Shown: positions 11,988 through 23,372, counted from the whole stretch's first letter. The stretch: DNA of 63,655 bases, filler included, from Pelomyxa schiedti (GCA_020536535.1; 13 parts of 13 records of this genome joined end to end with filler, not necessarily neighbours in it), one strand, 5' to 3'. Notes: a model not told the origin generated them from the letters alone. Made by a program: numbers and translations.

Positions 11988-13757
11988 ATGAGAGCACATT
12001 GCATGCGTGTCTTGAATCGCAGCATCAACGCAACAGAAGTAATTGCAGAATGGGCTGACCTTGTGTCAACAGCATCCTCGAGAGGCAACGTTGATCATCA
12101 TCAACAACGATCGCCACATACCAACTCGGAGCAGTCGTGGTCGTGCATGTATTTTGTTGCCATGTGGAGGTTGTATTGCTGTTCCTCATCACCAGAAAAC
12201 GCCCCCTTCGGCGCTCACGAAGGTTCATCTTCAGCAGCACAGATTTTTGTTGAAATGAGTGAATCATCATGCACTGTACACAGCAAACCCATGATCACTT
12301 GCTCTGTGGGGCAGATTCACTTGTGTGCTTCCTCTGTCACATCTCTGGGCTTCTGCTATGACTTCGGTGTTGGTGGTGTTGAGAAGGACATTCACAAGGC
12401 TGTTACTCTGTACCAGAAGGCTGCTGATGCTGGCAGTGCTCGGGCAATGGGCAACCTTGGTTGGTGTTACTATGATGGCGATGGTGTTGAGAAGGACGTT
12501 CACAAGGCAGTGACACTGTGGCAGAGGGCAGTCTCCAAGCTCGGTTCGTGCTATGAAAATGGTCATGGTGTTGACCAGGACATTCACAAGGCAGTGACAC
12601 TGTACCAGAGGGCTGCTGATGCTGGCAGTGCTCGGGCAATGTACAACCTCAGTTGGTGTTATGATCATGGTGAAGGTGTTGAGAAGGATGTTAACAAGGC
12701 AGTGACACTGTACCAGAGGGCTGCTGATTCTGGTGATACCAGGGCAGTCTTCAAGCTCGGTTCGTGCTATGAACATGGTTATGGCGTTGACCAGGACATA
12801 CACAAGGCAGTGGTACTGTATCAGAGGGCTGCTGATGCTGGTCATGCCACAGCAATGTTCAACCTTGCTGAGTGCTATGTCAATGGTGAAGGTGTTGAGA
12901 AGGACATTCACAAGGCAGTGACACTGTACCAGAGGGCTGCTGATTCTGGTAATTCTTCGGCAATGAATCACCTTGGTCTGTGTTATGAAAATGGCGACTG
13001 CTTTGAGAAGGACATTCAAAAGGCAGTGACACTGTGGCAGAGGGCTGCTGATGCTGGTGATCCTTGGGCAATGCGCAACCTCGGTTTGTGTTATGAACAG
13101 GGCAATGGTGTTGACAAGGATATTCACAAGGCAGTGGCATTGTACCAGAGGGCTGCTGATGCTGGTAATGCCGCGGCAACGAACAACCTTGCTGTGTGTT
13201 ATGCATACAGCGCTGGTGTTGACAAGGATATTTGCAATGCAGTGGCACTGTTACATAGGGCTGCTGATGCTGGTGATGCACAGGGAATGTACAACCTTGG
13301 TTTGTGTTATGAAACTGGCAACGGCGTTGACAAGGACACGTCTAAGGCAGTGACACTGTGGCAGAGGGCCGCTGATGCTGGTGACTCCGCAGCAATGTTC
13401 AACCTTGCTGTGTGTTATGAAAATGGTGAAGGTGTTGAGAAGGATGCTAACAAGGCCGCGACGCTGTGGCAGAGGGCTGCTGACGCTGGTGATGCCAACG
13501 CAATGTTCGACCTTGGTCTGTGTTATGAAAATGGTGATGGTGTTGACAAGGATATTCGCAAGGCAGTGACACTCTACCAGAGGGCTGCTGATGCCGGCTG
13601 TGCACGGGCAATGTACTTCCTTTCACGCTTTTACCAAAATGGCCTGGGTGACAGTGCCAAGGACATCCACAAGGCAATGAGACTGCTGCTGAGGGCTGCC
13701 AACCTCGGTCACGCTGAGGCAATTGCCCTACATGGAATTCTGAGCCAGTCGTCATAG
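11988..13757 (+). CDS. Sel1-like repeat protein (13 repeats)
   Basis: 36-aa/108-bp units AMxNLGxCYExGxGVxKDxxKAVxLYQRAADAG. Confidence 0.95.
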   Translation: MRAHCMRVLNRSINATEVIAEWADLVSTASSRGNVDHHQQRSPHTNSEQSWSCMYFVAMWRLYCCSSSPENAPFGAHEGSSSAAQIFVEMSESSCTVHSKPMITCSVGQIHLCASSVTSLGFCYDFGVGGVEKDIHKAVTLYQKAADAGSARAMGNLGWCYYDGDGVEKDVHKAVTLWQRAVSKLGSCYENGHGVDQDIHKAVTLYQRAADAGSARAMYNLSWCYDHGEGVEKDVNKAVTLYQRAADSGDTRAVFKLGSCYEHGYGVDQDIHKAVVLYQRAADAGHATAMFNLAECYVNGEGVEKDIHKAVTLYQRAADSGNSSAMNHLGLCYENGDCFEKDIQKAVTLWQRAADAGDPWAMRNLGLCYEQGNGVDKDIHKAVALYQRAADAGNAAATNNLAVCYAYSAGVDKDICNAVALLHRAADAGDAQGMYNLGLCYETGNGVDKDTSKAVTLWQRAADAGDSAAMFNLAVCYENGEGVEKDANKAATLWQRAADAGDANAMFDLGLCYENGDGVDKDIRKAVTLYQRAADAGCARAMYFLSRFYQNGLGDSAKDIHKAMRLLLRAANLGHAEAIALHGILSQSS

Positions 13758-14228
13758 AACAGAAGTGAAAGTACCAAACTCCACCAGATCAATTAAAATA
13801 AATAAAGACTTTGTCCTTATCTCACTACGAACGTGTTCGTCACTCCCGTCAAGGACACCACTCACATTGTCCTTCGAGGAAGCTATCCCCCTTAAATAAT
13901 ACAGAAAACAAAAGCAAATTGGTCCCACTTACTTCGCGGCACCAGAAAGGGGCATAGCCTCCCCTCCGATTGTTTTGAGGTTGGTGGCAAAAATCGAAAG
14001 CACGCAACTGCACAAGCGCCAAAACCCCAAACATTCCATTTATGTCAGTGCGGCGCAGCCGATTTGCAAGGCATTGACCAACAACACCCCACCACAAACA
14101 CATTGCCGGAAGAATGTAACACCCTGAAGTCAAACTGGCCCCAGTTTGGGAGGTGGGAGCCCAGAGTGGGGCCCAATCTGTGTACAACGGTGGTGTCCCA
14201 AATGTGGAAAAAACCCCCGCTTTGGCCA

Positions 14229-14274
14229 ATTTAAGCTCCTGCCAACCCAGTCAGGCTTTTGCCCAAGAATCAGG
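14229..14274 (+). mobile_element. 46-bp terminal-inverted-repeat-like end with TTAA at its outer edge
   Basis: 43/46 identical to the reverse complement of 14530-14575, which is on the next contig. Confidence 0.5.
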
Positions 14275-14529
14275 CTTTTCAATTTTTAAAATGATTACCC
14301 TTTTTTCCCTCTCTTGGTGGGAGTTTGTGTTTTTTTGGACTTGGAGGTGTGANNNNNNNNNNNNNNNNNNNNNNNNNNNNNNNNNNNNNNNNNNNNTTAA
14401 TTAATTAANNNNNNNNNNNNNNNNNNNNNNNNNNNNNNNNNNNNNNNNNNNNTACACAATATCAACCACAGAGTTGCAATTTGACTGTAATTTTGTGCTT
14501 TTTGGGTGTTATTTCCTGGGTTCTGTAAA

Positions 14530-14575
14530 CCTGATTCATTGGCAAAAGCCTGACTAGGTTGGCAGGAGCTTAAAT
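14530..14575 (-). mobile_element. Inverted copy of the 46-bp TIR-like sequence
   Basis: cctgattcattggcaaaagcctgactaggttggcaggagcttaaat; 43/46 identical to the reverse complement of 14229-14274. Confidence 0.5.
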
Positions 14576-14601
14576 CCAGCTAGTACCTTCCCATCACGAA
14601 A

Positions 14602-17500
14602 ATGCAAAGTGGAACCAACATCGAGCCACCACCTTCTCAACAGACGCAGCAACAACCACAACCAACCCCAACATTTGTTGTTGTTTCTGATGTATCAGGT
14701 GGGGGGACCGCAGGGGCGCCGGTCGTGGAGTGCCCAGTGTGCCTCTGCGTGCTCACGGACCCCGTGGTCCTCGCTCCCCCGCGGGGGTCGCCGTCGCTGG
14801 TGTCACCATTGTCGGCACAACAGCAAGGAGGATCCCCCGTCGACGGCGCGGCAACGGCGGCCACCACTTTGGCGACATCATCTCGTTCTTGCGGACACAG
14901 TGTGTGCCGGCGGGACGGGGAGAGGCTGTGGGCACACGCCAGGGCGTGGTCCCGTGCTCCCCCTGGTGCATTGCTGTCTCAGTCTGCTCTTGTCAAACAA
15001 TCCATCGTGTGTACAGCACACACTTTCTCTCACTCATATCAGGGAAAAAGGAAACGAACGTGGAACCGAGCACGGCACTGCAGGCCAAAGATGCAACAGC
15101 TTCTTGTGATGATGCCAAGCGCGGTTCTGGTGGTGCTGGCATCATTTGTGTGAAGTGCCCTGCATGCGATGCTGAAACGAGAATACAAGACATGGAGGAA
15201 GTGACGACACATGATGCTCCTTGTTCCCCCTTTTCCTGCTGGAAGGTAAATCTAAATGATGGCACTCATTTTCAATCATTAACCTTCAAATGCTATGTAG
15301 GCTGATGAAACTATGCATCAGGCAGTAACTGCACTCCGTCAAAGGGCTGCCAAAGGAGGCAAGTGTGGTGTATGTCAAGATGATTATGCGGTGTGGCAGT
15401 GCAAATGCACTCATCATCATCCCCAACAGCAGACAAAACAGTGGCTTGTGTGTGATGAGAGAGACTGCATTGGTGTTTCAAAAAAGTGGCACCTGAAGAA
15501 GTTCAGTGTGCCAGCAGAATTGGTGAAAATTACTGGAGGAAGCGCCACACCTTCTTCCCTCAACTCTGAGGCTGGTTGCACATTACCTTCCTCCACCAAA
15601 GTTACACACCATTGATGATGGTAAAGGATAGAGATGTGTGCTCTATCCATCATGAACCATTGAAACGGTTCTGCATTGAGTGCCAAGAACCAGTGTGCCT
15701 GGAGTGCTTGATTAATGGTATTCTCACATGTAGTCTCTTACCATCAACTAACCAACCCTCAAAAACATCCTCAGGTGGACACAAACAAAGTGTTTTGCAC
15801 CACAAGAACGAACCAATTGAAGAGGCAGTGCTTGAGAGGGTAAAAGAGCTGAAGTCACTCTCAGAGGAACTGGCATCAAAAGAACACTGTGTGAAATCCA
15901 CAATTGAGGCTGTCCAGAGGTCTGAAGTTGTACTCTCTGTGGTAACGAAACCATCTCCCATTCCCCTTTTTCTTTGTTGTTCATTTCATTCTGCAAATGA
16001 CAGAGTGCCAAACAAGCAATCTCAGAAGTTGTCAGCACACAAGAGAAAGCAGTTTTGCTGATCATGAGGAAATCAGAACAGCTCATCAATCAAATTACAC
16101 AAGAATCTCTCTCAAAAGGTGTGTTTTGAGTGAATTTATGAATAGAGCCTACTCATCATCTCACTCAAACCACAGGGAAAGAACTTTCAAGGCAAAAAGA
16201 ACTGTTGGAGTGCCACCTTCAGACAATCGAGGAAGAACAGAATACAATTGAGAGGGTGATTGGAGTTGGGACAACAGACAACCACAAGGTTGTGAGGGTG
16301 TTCCCAAGGCTCAAGTCAAGGGCTTGTTGTGTTGTTGATGCGCCAATTGTGCTTGGTGAGCCATGCCTGGTTCCATGTGTGCAGTTTGTTCCCTCTTTCG
16401 TTGATGATCTCCTTGTTCTCTGCAGTCAGTTTGGTGAAATCCTTCCAGGTTCACTCTTTTTTCCTGTTCATTGTCTGGCTAATTTGGGTTCCCATTCTCC
16501 TATTGCACAGTCTCCCGGAGTGATTTTAGGTGCAAGATTGCTGAATCAAATGATGAAAACAAAACTGCCTGTAGTGTGGAAGATAACAACGGTTCAATTG
16601 TGTACACTAGAGTCAACATGCCGCTTGCATTTTCTGTCTGTTTGAATCCAAATGGTGAAGATCCAAAGATGGTAGCAAAAGCAATGCCAGCATCACAATA
16701 TCCAGCCATTGGCATTGACCTGCTGGAAATGATCACCACTGATATTCGTGGAACTGGTGCTTCATCAGCACATGATGGATTTGAAGTGAGTTGCTGTAAG
16801 GATGTCATCCAGAAGCAGAATGGAAAACAGAATGAAGTGAAGAAATGGAAAGTGACTGTTGTTCCTAAGACAGAGGGAAACTTCATGATGAATATCCTTT
16901 GTGGAAACAAGCCTATCAACCTTCTTCCAATCAGAATTTCAGCTTTGTGTGGTTTGTAATAGCCCCCTATCTGATTGCCTAAGTTACAACACAGCTGCGT
17001 TCACTTGGGAGCCTGTATCATGCTGCAATGTTGTCCTGAGTGACAGCAATCATATTGCAACTACACGTGGGAGATCTGCAGTGTGGATGTCACAGAGTAT
17101 CACAATTGGCACAGTTGCTGCAGTGCACCTCACTTTGATAAAAAGGGATACACAGGGCGGCCCTGCAATTGGGGTAGTTAGCCCAGTGATCTCTTCAAGA
17201 GGCACACCAACAGTCCCCATCTACGACAAGGAGGGCTTCTGGGGCTTCAACCTGCAAAACAGGACCTATGCGTACTATAATGGGAAGCAACAGTTGCCTG
17301 AAGGAGACAGGAATGGGTATGACAACACACCAGATGGGACCGTGATCACAGTGACGGTGAACATGACACCCCCTAGTGGTGGGACGATGAGTGTTAAAGT
17401 GGGTGACTGTGACAGGGGTGTGTGTTGCACAGGTCTCCCATCTCCCCTCAGGATTGGGTTCTCCTCTTCCTTTTCAGGTCACACCATCAGGATAGATTAA
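14602..17500 (+). CDS. TRIM/RBCC-like E3 ligase: RING, two B-boxes, coiled coil, filamin-like Ig fold, SPRY/B30.2-like C-terminus; multi-exon
   Basis: RING: CPVC..DPV..CGHSVCRRD..CPAC. B-box1: CGVCQDDYAVWQC. B-box2: CSIHHEPLKRFCIECQEPVCLECL..GH..H. Filamin: WKVTVVPKTEGNFMMNILCGNKPI..PIRI. SPRY-like: VVLSDSNHIAT..AIGVV..DGTVITVTVNM..GTMS..GVCCTGLP. Confidence 0.8.
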
Positions 17501-18875
17501 CTTAAGAGATGAGTGTCTATTTTTCTTCACGTTGTTTTTGTGTTGTGGGTTGTATGGGAAAGGGTTGTGGAGTACAACACATGACTGAGAGACTCAGGTG
17601 CGGAAATCCTCCTTCTCCTCCCTCTTCCTCCTCTTCCTCCCCAACACACCCTTTCACCATCATCCCCATTGTTTTTTCTTTAGCGCATTTCAGCCAATGT
17701 TGAGGTTGCCTATTGTCCTTGGCTCATGCAATCCATACTAAAAACATCTCCAGGTCTGTATGGTAGCTCTAGTTGTAGATGTTGTCTACAACTACAACTA
17801 CAACATGTTGACACACCAAAAGAAAGTGCCAATTCACATGAATGAAAACTCCACTGACATGTGGCCAGAAAAGATTGAATTGTGGTTGTCTGCTAGTATG
17901 TGCACCACAAAACTCTTAGGTGCGATATAACAGCTTTGGCTCCTCCTGTAAAGTTCTAGTAGAGAATGCCATCTTTGATTGAGAAATTCCCAGGTAAGTC
18001 TTTCCCCATGGTGTGACAGTTCCACCAATGTTCATGTGTTTCCTTCAGTGGGGTGGGAAGGAAACTGCACCAAAAGAGAACAAAGAGGCACAAAGTATTT
18101 TATTCATCTTGGAATGGATGGATACATTTGGGCGTGTTTGTGTTGAGGTTTTTTGTATATTTGTATTGGGATTCTTGGTATTTTTTTTGTATAGAAATGG
18201 GGTGACTTGGTGTGCGTTTATAAAGGATTCCAAAGTCAAGGGAAAGGTCTTAGGTATCTCGATGATCTTTCTGTGAACTTGATTTCCAAACTTGGTAAGT
18301 GATGACTCAGCCTCCGAGTCTCCAGTCTCGAGTCTTGCGAGTGCGCCTTGCGCACAGTTTGCCTGTGTGTTCGCAGAATCACACACATGGTTATGAGTGC
18401 CTCAGATTTCCTCTTGATGGCTAACATGATCATTCGACTCGATTTCAAGGCCTTCATAAGCTTGACGCTCCAAGCTCAGAATCACATCAAAAAAACACAC
18501 AAACAAACTCAAACAAATAAACAACAAACACAAGGCAAACAATAGAACCCTTTATTCCAATTGAATTCATCTTTCTGTCTTCCGTTATTGAGTGAGTATC
18601 CCCACATTAGTTATTAAATTTTCTTGTTACACACAAAAGCACACAAGTTAATTTAAATTCTCTTTGTTTCTAAATAATTTGCCACCCAGACTGTCTGGGT
18701 GTCTGGCAGCATGATGGTCGCTGTTGGTTGCACACAACCTCACCACATGTCAGCAAACACAACAGTTGATGACAAGGGCACATAGAACACAACCTGGGGT
18801 CCCTCAATTCGGCCATGCCAGGGAAAGCATCCAGGGACCATGTTAAGCCTTTCTGGAACAGGTTAATTCAGGGTT

Positions 18876-19560
18876 TTAAAAAGCCTTTTTGGTGTCCTGC
18901 TTCACACTGATGCCCCTTTCATAACAGTAGCCACGGAACACCTTACCCTGCCAACTAGGAAAAGGCCACACACCAGATTTTTTGAGTAGTTCCAGAGCCT
19001 TTGCCACGTCCCTTGTCAGCCCACACCCACCCCACAAGTGGCACCACCCAAGGTATGCCCGTGAATCACAGTCGTCAGCAGACTCTTGGAAGAGCTGGGC
19101 AGCCCTTGCCAAGTCCCTCTGCACACCCTCACCACGCAAATAACACACACCAAGCCGCCAAGAGTACCTACCCCTTGTGTTTTGCGATTGCGTCTCTGTA
19201 TAGTGACACAGCCCTCAGTTGGTCACACTCCACACCCACCCCATACTGGTAGCACCTCCCAAGCTGATCCATTGCTCCAACATTACCCAAGTCAGCAGCC
19301 ATGGTCCACACCGATACCACCTTGTCCACCTCACAGTTGGGTCTCTCACCGGTGTCATCGTCGTCACAGCCAGGTTGATAACCACTGTAGTAGTAATTTC
19401 CAACATAAAACAGCCCGGCACCATCGCGTGCCATGTGGTACCAGCGCTGTGCCTCCTCCAGGTTGGGGGTCACTCCGACACCGTTGCGGTATTACCGACC
19501 CAGCTCACTCATCGCTTTGGTGTTGCCTGCATTTGCTTCACACTGAACAAGGACTTCGAG
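18876..19560 (-). pseudogene. Sel1-repeat pseudogene
   Basis: Sel1 motifs with an in-frame TAA (AMSELGR*YRNGVG) and a frameshift at a G4 run near 19170 (KHKG* versus GRYSWRLGVCYLRGEG). Confidence 0.7.
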
Positions 19561-19685
19561 GAATGAGTCCCTTGGCATTGAGAGTGAACAACAGCACCAG
19601 CATTACTGCCTGATGGTTGATAGGTTCATTGAACTCTCAGGAGGTGTTGGATCTCAAGTTCGCAGATTATCATTGCAGTGATCTC

Positions 19686-21686
19686 ATCATGATGGACGAA
19701 ACAACACCAAGTGTGCGCAGGCAACAAAGACCAAACGTTGAACAAATGACACACACAAATAACAACGCTAATGATGCTGCTGACGTTGGTAATTCAAACC
19801 ACGTTGTTTTCGTGTCGTGGGTTGTATGGGAAAGGGTTGTGGAGCCAGGGTGGCTGGGCAGTGGCAACCGCGACCTGTTCTGCACTGCTGAGGCCATGTT
19901 CCCTATGATTGGGCTGGTGTGCCCGCGTGTGGTGGCAGAAACCGGAAAGTACATTGCCATCAGGGATGCTGCTGAGGCTCTGGCACCATCGTGCGTGGCT
20001 TGGATGCTCAACAAAATGCCTTCCCAGTCTCCACGGGTGATGATGGTGAAAGGGTGTGTTGGGGAGGAAGAGGAGGAAGAGGGAGGGGGAGGAGGAGGAA
20101 GGAGTGAGAGAAAGCCTCACAGCAACGATGTGAGGTTGGTGGTTGTGAAGGAGATGACTGCTGTGATTCTTGGGCTGTGTATAAGTGGGAACTTAGAGGC
20201 TGTTCGCTCTATGTTTGGTGATGATGACGATTACTGTGGCGGTGATGGTGACAGTCCCAGTGATTCTGAGAGGAGGGTGGAAGGAAGGAAGACATCGTCA
20301 TTTCCTCTGCTGTGGGATGGGAGGTGTGTTGTTGTGCCGTGGAGAAAATACTGCTGCCGTTGGTTGGTGGGCACTGGGGGAGCTGTTGGAATTGACGCGG
20401 TGGTGAAGGGACTCAGGGAAGATGTGAGGGATTACATGATGGGTTCCTGTGGGTTCTTGGGTTTTACAAAGTGGGCCATTGGTGCTGGCCACGTTGGTGT
20501 GGCAAAGTGGCTTGCTCCTGTGCTTCGAATCACCCGGGAGAATGCTCCTATGAGGTTGCGTGGGTCACTGTCGGTTGCCCTTGCTCGTGGTAAGATGGAG
20601 GTTGTCGAGTGGATGTTCCATCAATTCGACCTTGGGAACACCCTCTCAACAAACAGGAAGCTGGACATGGCCCAATACTGTTCCCTGGGAGAGACCCCTG
20701 CAAATGTGAAGTGGTGCCAGGCCAACTTCTCTGTGCACTTTGGAAAGAGGTACTTCAGTCTTAACATGCTCAGCAATAAGCGCTGCAACATGGAAGTCTG
20801 CCAGTGGCTGGAAGACTCGCTGATAGCCAAAGGGCTGACAAGTAAGAATACAATAGGATACGTGCAGAATCCAGATGTGGCACGGTGGCTTCTTTCAGTG
20901 GTCGTTGATGAACCTGCAGAAGCAATCGAAAAACACCTCAATGAGCTGTGCAAAAACACTGGGGATGTCAACTTCGGAGCACCGAAACGGGGGTCCTCGC
21001 TGGCCAGGTGGCTTTATTCAAACAAGTTCGCACCCCTCCTCCTCTCACAGGAAGACCTGCTAAAGGGTCTTTCAAAGGCACTCCTTGTGGGCAACATTGA
21101 TGTTGCCAAATGGCTGGAGGATACCTTCCACGTGATGGATTCCTCAGTCAATTCCAGCCCAATTGAGCGTGCTGAGAAAATGTTGATCACACTCTGTAGA
21201 AAGGGCAATGGGCACAAGGACAGATTCTCTGGATTTCAGTGGTTCATCGAGCATCTTGCTCACCCTTCTGAGTTCAGTGAAAAAGCCATCCACTTGGCCA
21301 TCGATTGTGCCTTAGCCCAGGAGCGTTTCAGCAATGTCCAGCTCATTCTGTGCACGTTCACTCAGTATCACCCCCAACGGGATGCAGACCATTTCAAGAA
21401 GATAACAGTTGAGCTCATGGGTGTAAGCCTTGAGTTGTTTCTTGAGTTCTATGAGTCTACTTGCAGCTCGTCCAATGGTGGGGGTTCAGAAGCCTGGACC
21501 ACCGATTTTGTGGCACAGTGCCTGAGCTCTGAGAATTTGGATGGCACGAGGAGCAAGACTGTCAAGTGGTTGGTTTCCAAGTTTGGGCTCCAGTACAGCA
21601 ACATCAAACTCAACTCCAACAGCCTGTTGTTCAAGCTGTTATCCTGGCACATGTTCAACGTCTTTCACCCATTACTGCTCACTTAA
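19686..21686 (+). CDS. Ankyrin-like helical-repeat protein
   Basis: Degenerate ankyrin cores: GNLEAVRSM, GHVGVAKWL, GKMEVVEWM, GNIDVAKWL. The N-terminal motif is shared with 48479-50965. Confidence 0.7.
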   Translation: MMMDETTPSVRRQQRPNVEQMTHTNNNANDAADVGNSNHVVFVSWVVWERVVEPGWLGSGNRDLFCTAEAMFPMIGLVCPRVVAETGKYIAIRDAAEALAPSCVAWMLNKMPSQSPRVMMVKGCVGEEEEEEGGGGGGRSERKPHSNDVRLVVVKEMTAVILGLCISGNLEAVRSMFGDDDDYCGGDGDSPSDSERRVEGRKTSSFPLLWDGRCVVVPWRKYCCRWLVGTGGAVGIDAVVKGLREDVRDYMMGSCGFLGFTKWAIGAGHVGVAKWLAPVLRITRENAPMRLRGSLSVALARGKMEVVEWMFHQFDLGNTLSTNRKLDMAQYCSLGETPANVKWCQANFSVHFGKRYFSLNMLSNKRCNMEVCQWLEDSLIAKGLTSKNTIGYVQNPDVARWLLSVVVDEPAEAIEKHLNELCKNTGDVNFGAPKRGSSLARWLYSNKFAPLLLSQEDLLKGLSKALLVGNIDVAKWLEDTFHVMDSSVNSSPIERAEKMLITLCRKGNGHKDRFSGFQWFIEHLAHPSEFSEKAIHLAIDCALAQERFSNVQLILCTFTQYHPQRDADHFKKITVELMGVSLELFLEFYESTCSSSNGGGSEAWTTDFVAQCLSSENLDGTRSKTVKWLVSKFGLQYSNIKLNSNSLLFKLLSWHMFNVFHPLLLT

Positions 21687-22097
21687 CTTGCTTTTAGATT
21701 TTGGAAATGACAAACAAGTGGGCAGAACTCTCAGACTTATCCATCGACCTTGCTGGCTGGAAGTTGCTTCTCTGGCATTATGCCGGCATTGATGCCACAG
21801 TGATACAGAAGCATCTGTTGCCCCTCATTGAGGGCGACCCAGCCCTGGTCACTTACACAAAGAGCAAGTTTGGTTTTTGAAATTGCAACACTGTTCACGC
21901 TGGCACTGTGTGTCATGTCACTTTGGCAGTGATTTCTTCAATTTTCTAAAATGAATAAACGGTGGAATTGTGTTTGCTACTTGCTCTTCAGGATGAAACC
22001 GAGGTGGGAGTGAAGGAGTCATTGGTATCAGTTTACCCTGAGAGAGCAAGGGCTGCTGGTACAAGGTGGTGTGAAAGTACATCGTTTTTTTAATCTC

Positions 22098-23372
22098 ATG
22101 GGGCAGTCGTTCAACATCGAGGCACAACCAACACCGGAAGAGATGATGATGACACGGAGCCCAACAACAGCCACGTCACAAGCCATGGCCATTCTTTGTG
22201 CCGCCGTCGTCTCAAGGCGGCCGCCTCAAAGGGCAGCCCCTTTGTTCGGAGGTGGGCAACGAGAAGAAAGAAAACCACCACCCCCCCGCTCCATGATCGA
22301 GTGGTGTCATTCGACGGAGGTGGTGAGACTGTGGGCTGAGGAATGGGTGATCAGGCCCGTGAGGGATGCCGTGTTCAGGCTCCCGTTGATGGAGCGTGAT
22401 ACGAGGGACCAGTACAGAAGAAGGAGGTGGAGGTACTTGTGTGTGAGCGTGTCGGCGACCCTGGGTGTGGTCACACTCTCTGGGTTCACGTCAAAGATGA
22501 GGGTGCGGCACTGCATGACTGGCCCGAACAAGGTGCTGTGTTCCACGACGTATCCTAGTGATTGGTTGAAATCAGAGAACTCTGTGATCGATGCAGTGAC
22601 TGGTTCTGTGTGCTGGTCATCACCGTTGACATCGAACTATTTAGCAAGGGCCAACAGGAAGTGGGTTGTGTGTTGTGGTGATGGTGATGGTGAGCTTTGG
22701 ATTTGGAAGGTTGTTGGAGGTGTGCCTGTGGAGCCTAAGATGTGTTTCCAAACAGCGTTGAGCTGGGCTGAGTTTGAATTATCACCACTCTCTGAGGACG
22801 TCCTCATGGAGCTGGGCACAAGAGGTTCTGTCACTTTCTGTGACTTGGAGGCCAGCTTCCAGTACCAGGAGTTGATCACAAAAAAGCTTGATTATGATTC
22901 AAGGCCAGCAAGAGGAGTAATGCTGGTATCTGATGGTTCAATGTGCACACTTCACCGTCATTTTTCACTCTCTCAGAGAGAATTCTTCCTTGTGGATGAG
23001 AAATCCAACAAGGTACTGAAGTTTCCACCAAAGCATGATGTACGGCCAATCAGCAAGAGCCGTGCATTTGTTGTGAAGAGTGGTTCACTGAAGAAGGTGT
23101 CAGAATACAGAGTGTTTGACACTGAAGGGAGTGACCCAACCACACCAGTCCTCTGTGTTCCTTGCATGTGGTTTGGTGTAAGCCAGCAGTCAGGCCTCAT
23201 TGCTTCCACAACGGCACACACGGATCTCCAACTTCTGCAACCCAACACAGTTTCTACTCTTACACTGAAGATTTCACTGTGTGATGGGATTTCAGGCTTC
23301 CACTTTGGTGCTTTCACTGTTTGTTTTGATACCCCTTGGTGTTTTGATCCTGACACTGCATGGTTAGTGTGA
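22098..23372 (+). CDS. Orphan HPRCG-family protein (putative F-box-like N-terminus plus beta-rich domain)
   Basis: ATSQAMAILCA..VVRLWAEEWV..VSVSATLGVV..ANRKW..CDLEASF..QSGLI..CDGISG; single exon. Confidence 0.7.
   Translation: MGQSFNIEAQPTPEEMMMTRSPTTATSQAMAILCAAVVSRRPPQRAAPLFGGGQREERKPPPPRSMIEWCHSTEVVRLWAEEWVIRPVRDAVFRLPLMERDTRDQYRRRRWRYLCVSVSATLGVVTLSGFTSKMRVRHCMTGPNKVLCSTTYPSDWLKSENSVIDAVTGSVCWSSPLTSNYLARANRKWVVCCGDGDGELWIWKVVGGVPVEPKMCFQTALSWAEFELSPLSEDVLMELGTRGSVTFCDLEASFQYQELITKKLDYDSRPARGVMLVSDGSMCTLHRHFSLSQREFFLVDEKSNKVLKFPPKHDVRPISKSRAFVVKSGSLKKVSEYRVFDTEGSDPTTPVLCVPCMWFGVSQQSGLIASTTAHTDLQLLQPNTVSTLTLKISLCDGISGFHFGAFTVCFDTPWCFDPDTAWLV

Noticed and set aside
12267-13127. Long antisense ORFs opposite real genes (also 28693-29793, 30663-31946, 49841-50677, 7985-8521)
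   Set aside because: Shadow ORFs produced by codon bias or repeats on the coding strand; they contain no recognisable motifs.
17775-17799. Hairpin tagttgtaga-tgttg-tctacaacta as a terminator or ncRNA
   Set aside because: Built from a low-complexity (CTACAA)n repeat, with no other support.
19470-19500. Stop-codon reassignment suggested by the in-frame TAA in Sel1
   Set aside because: The same gene also has a frameshift, and TAA, TAG and TGA all terminate conserved genes elsewhere in the window.
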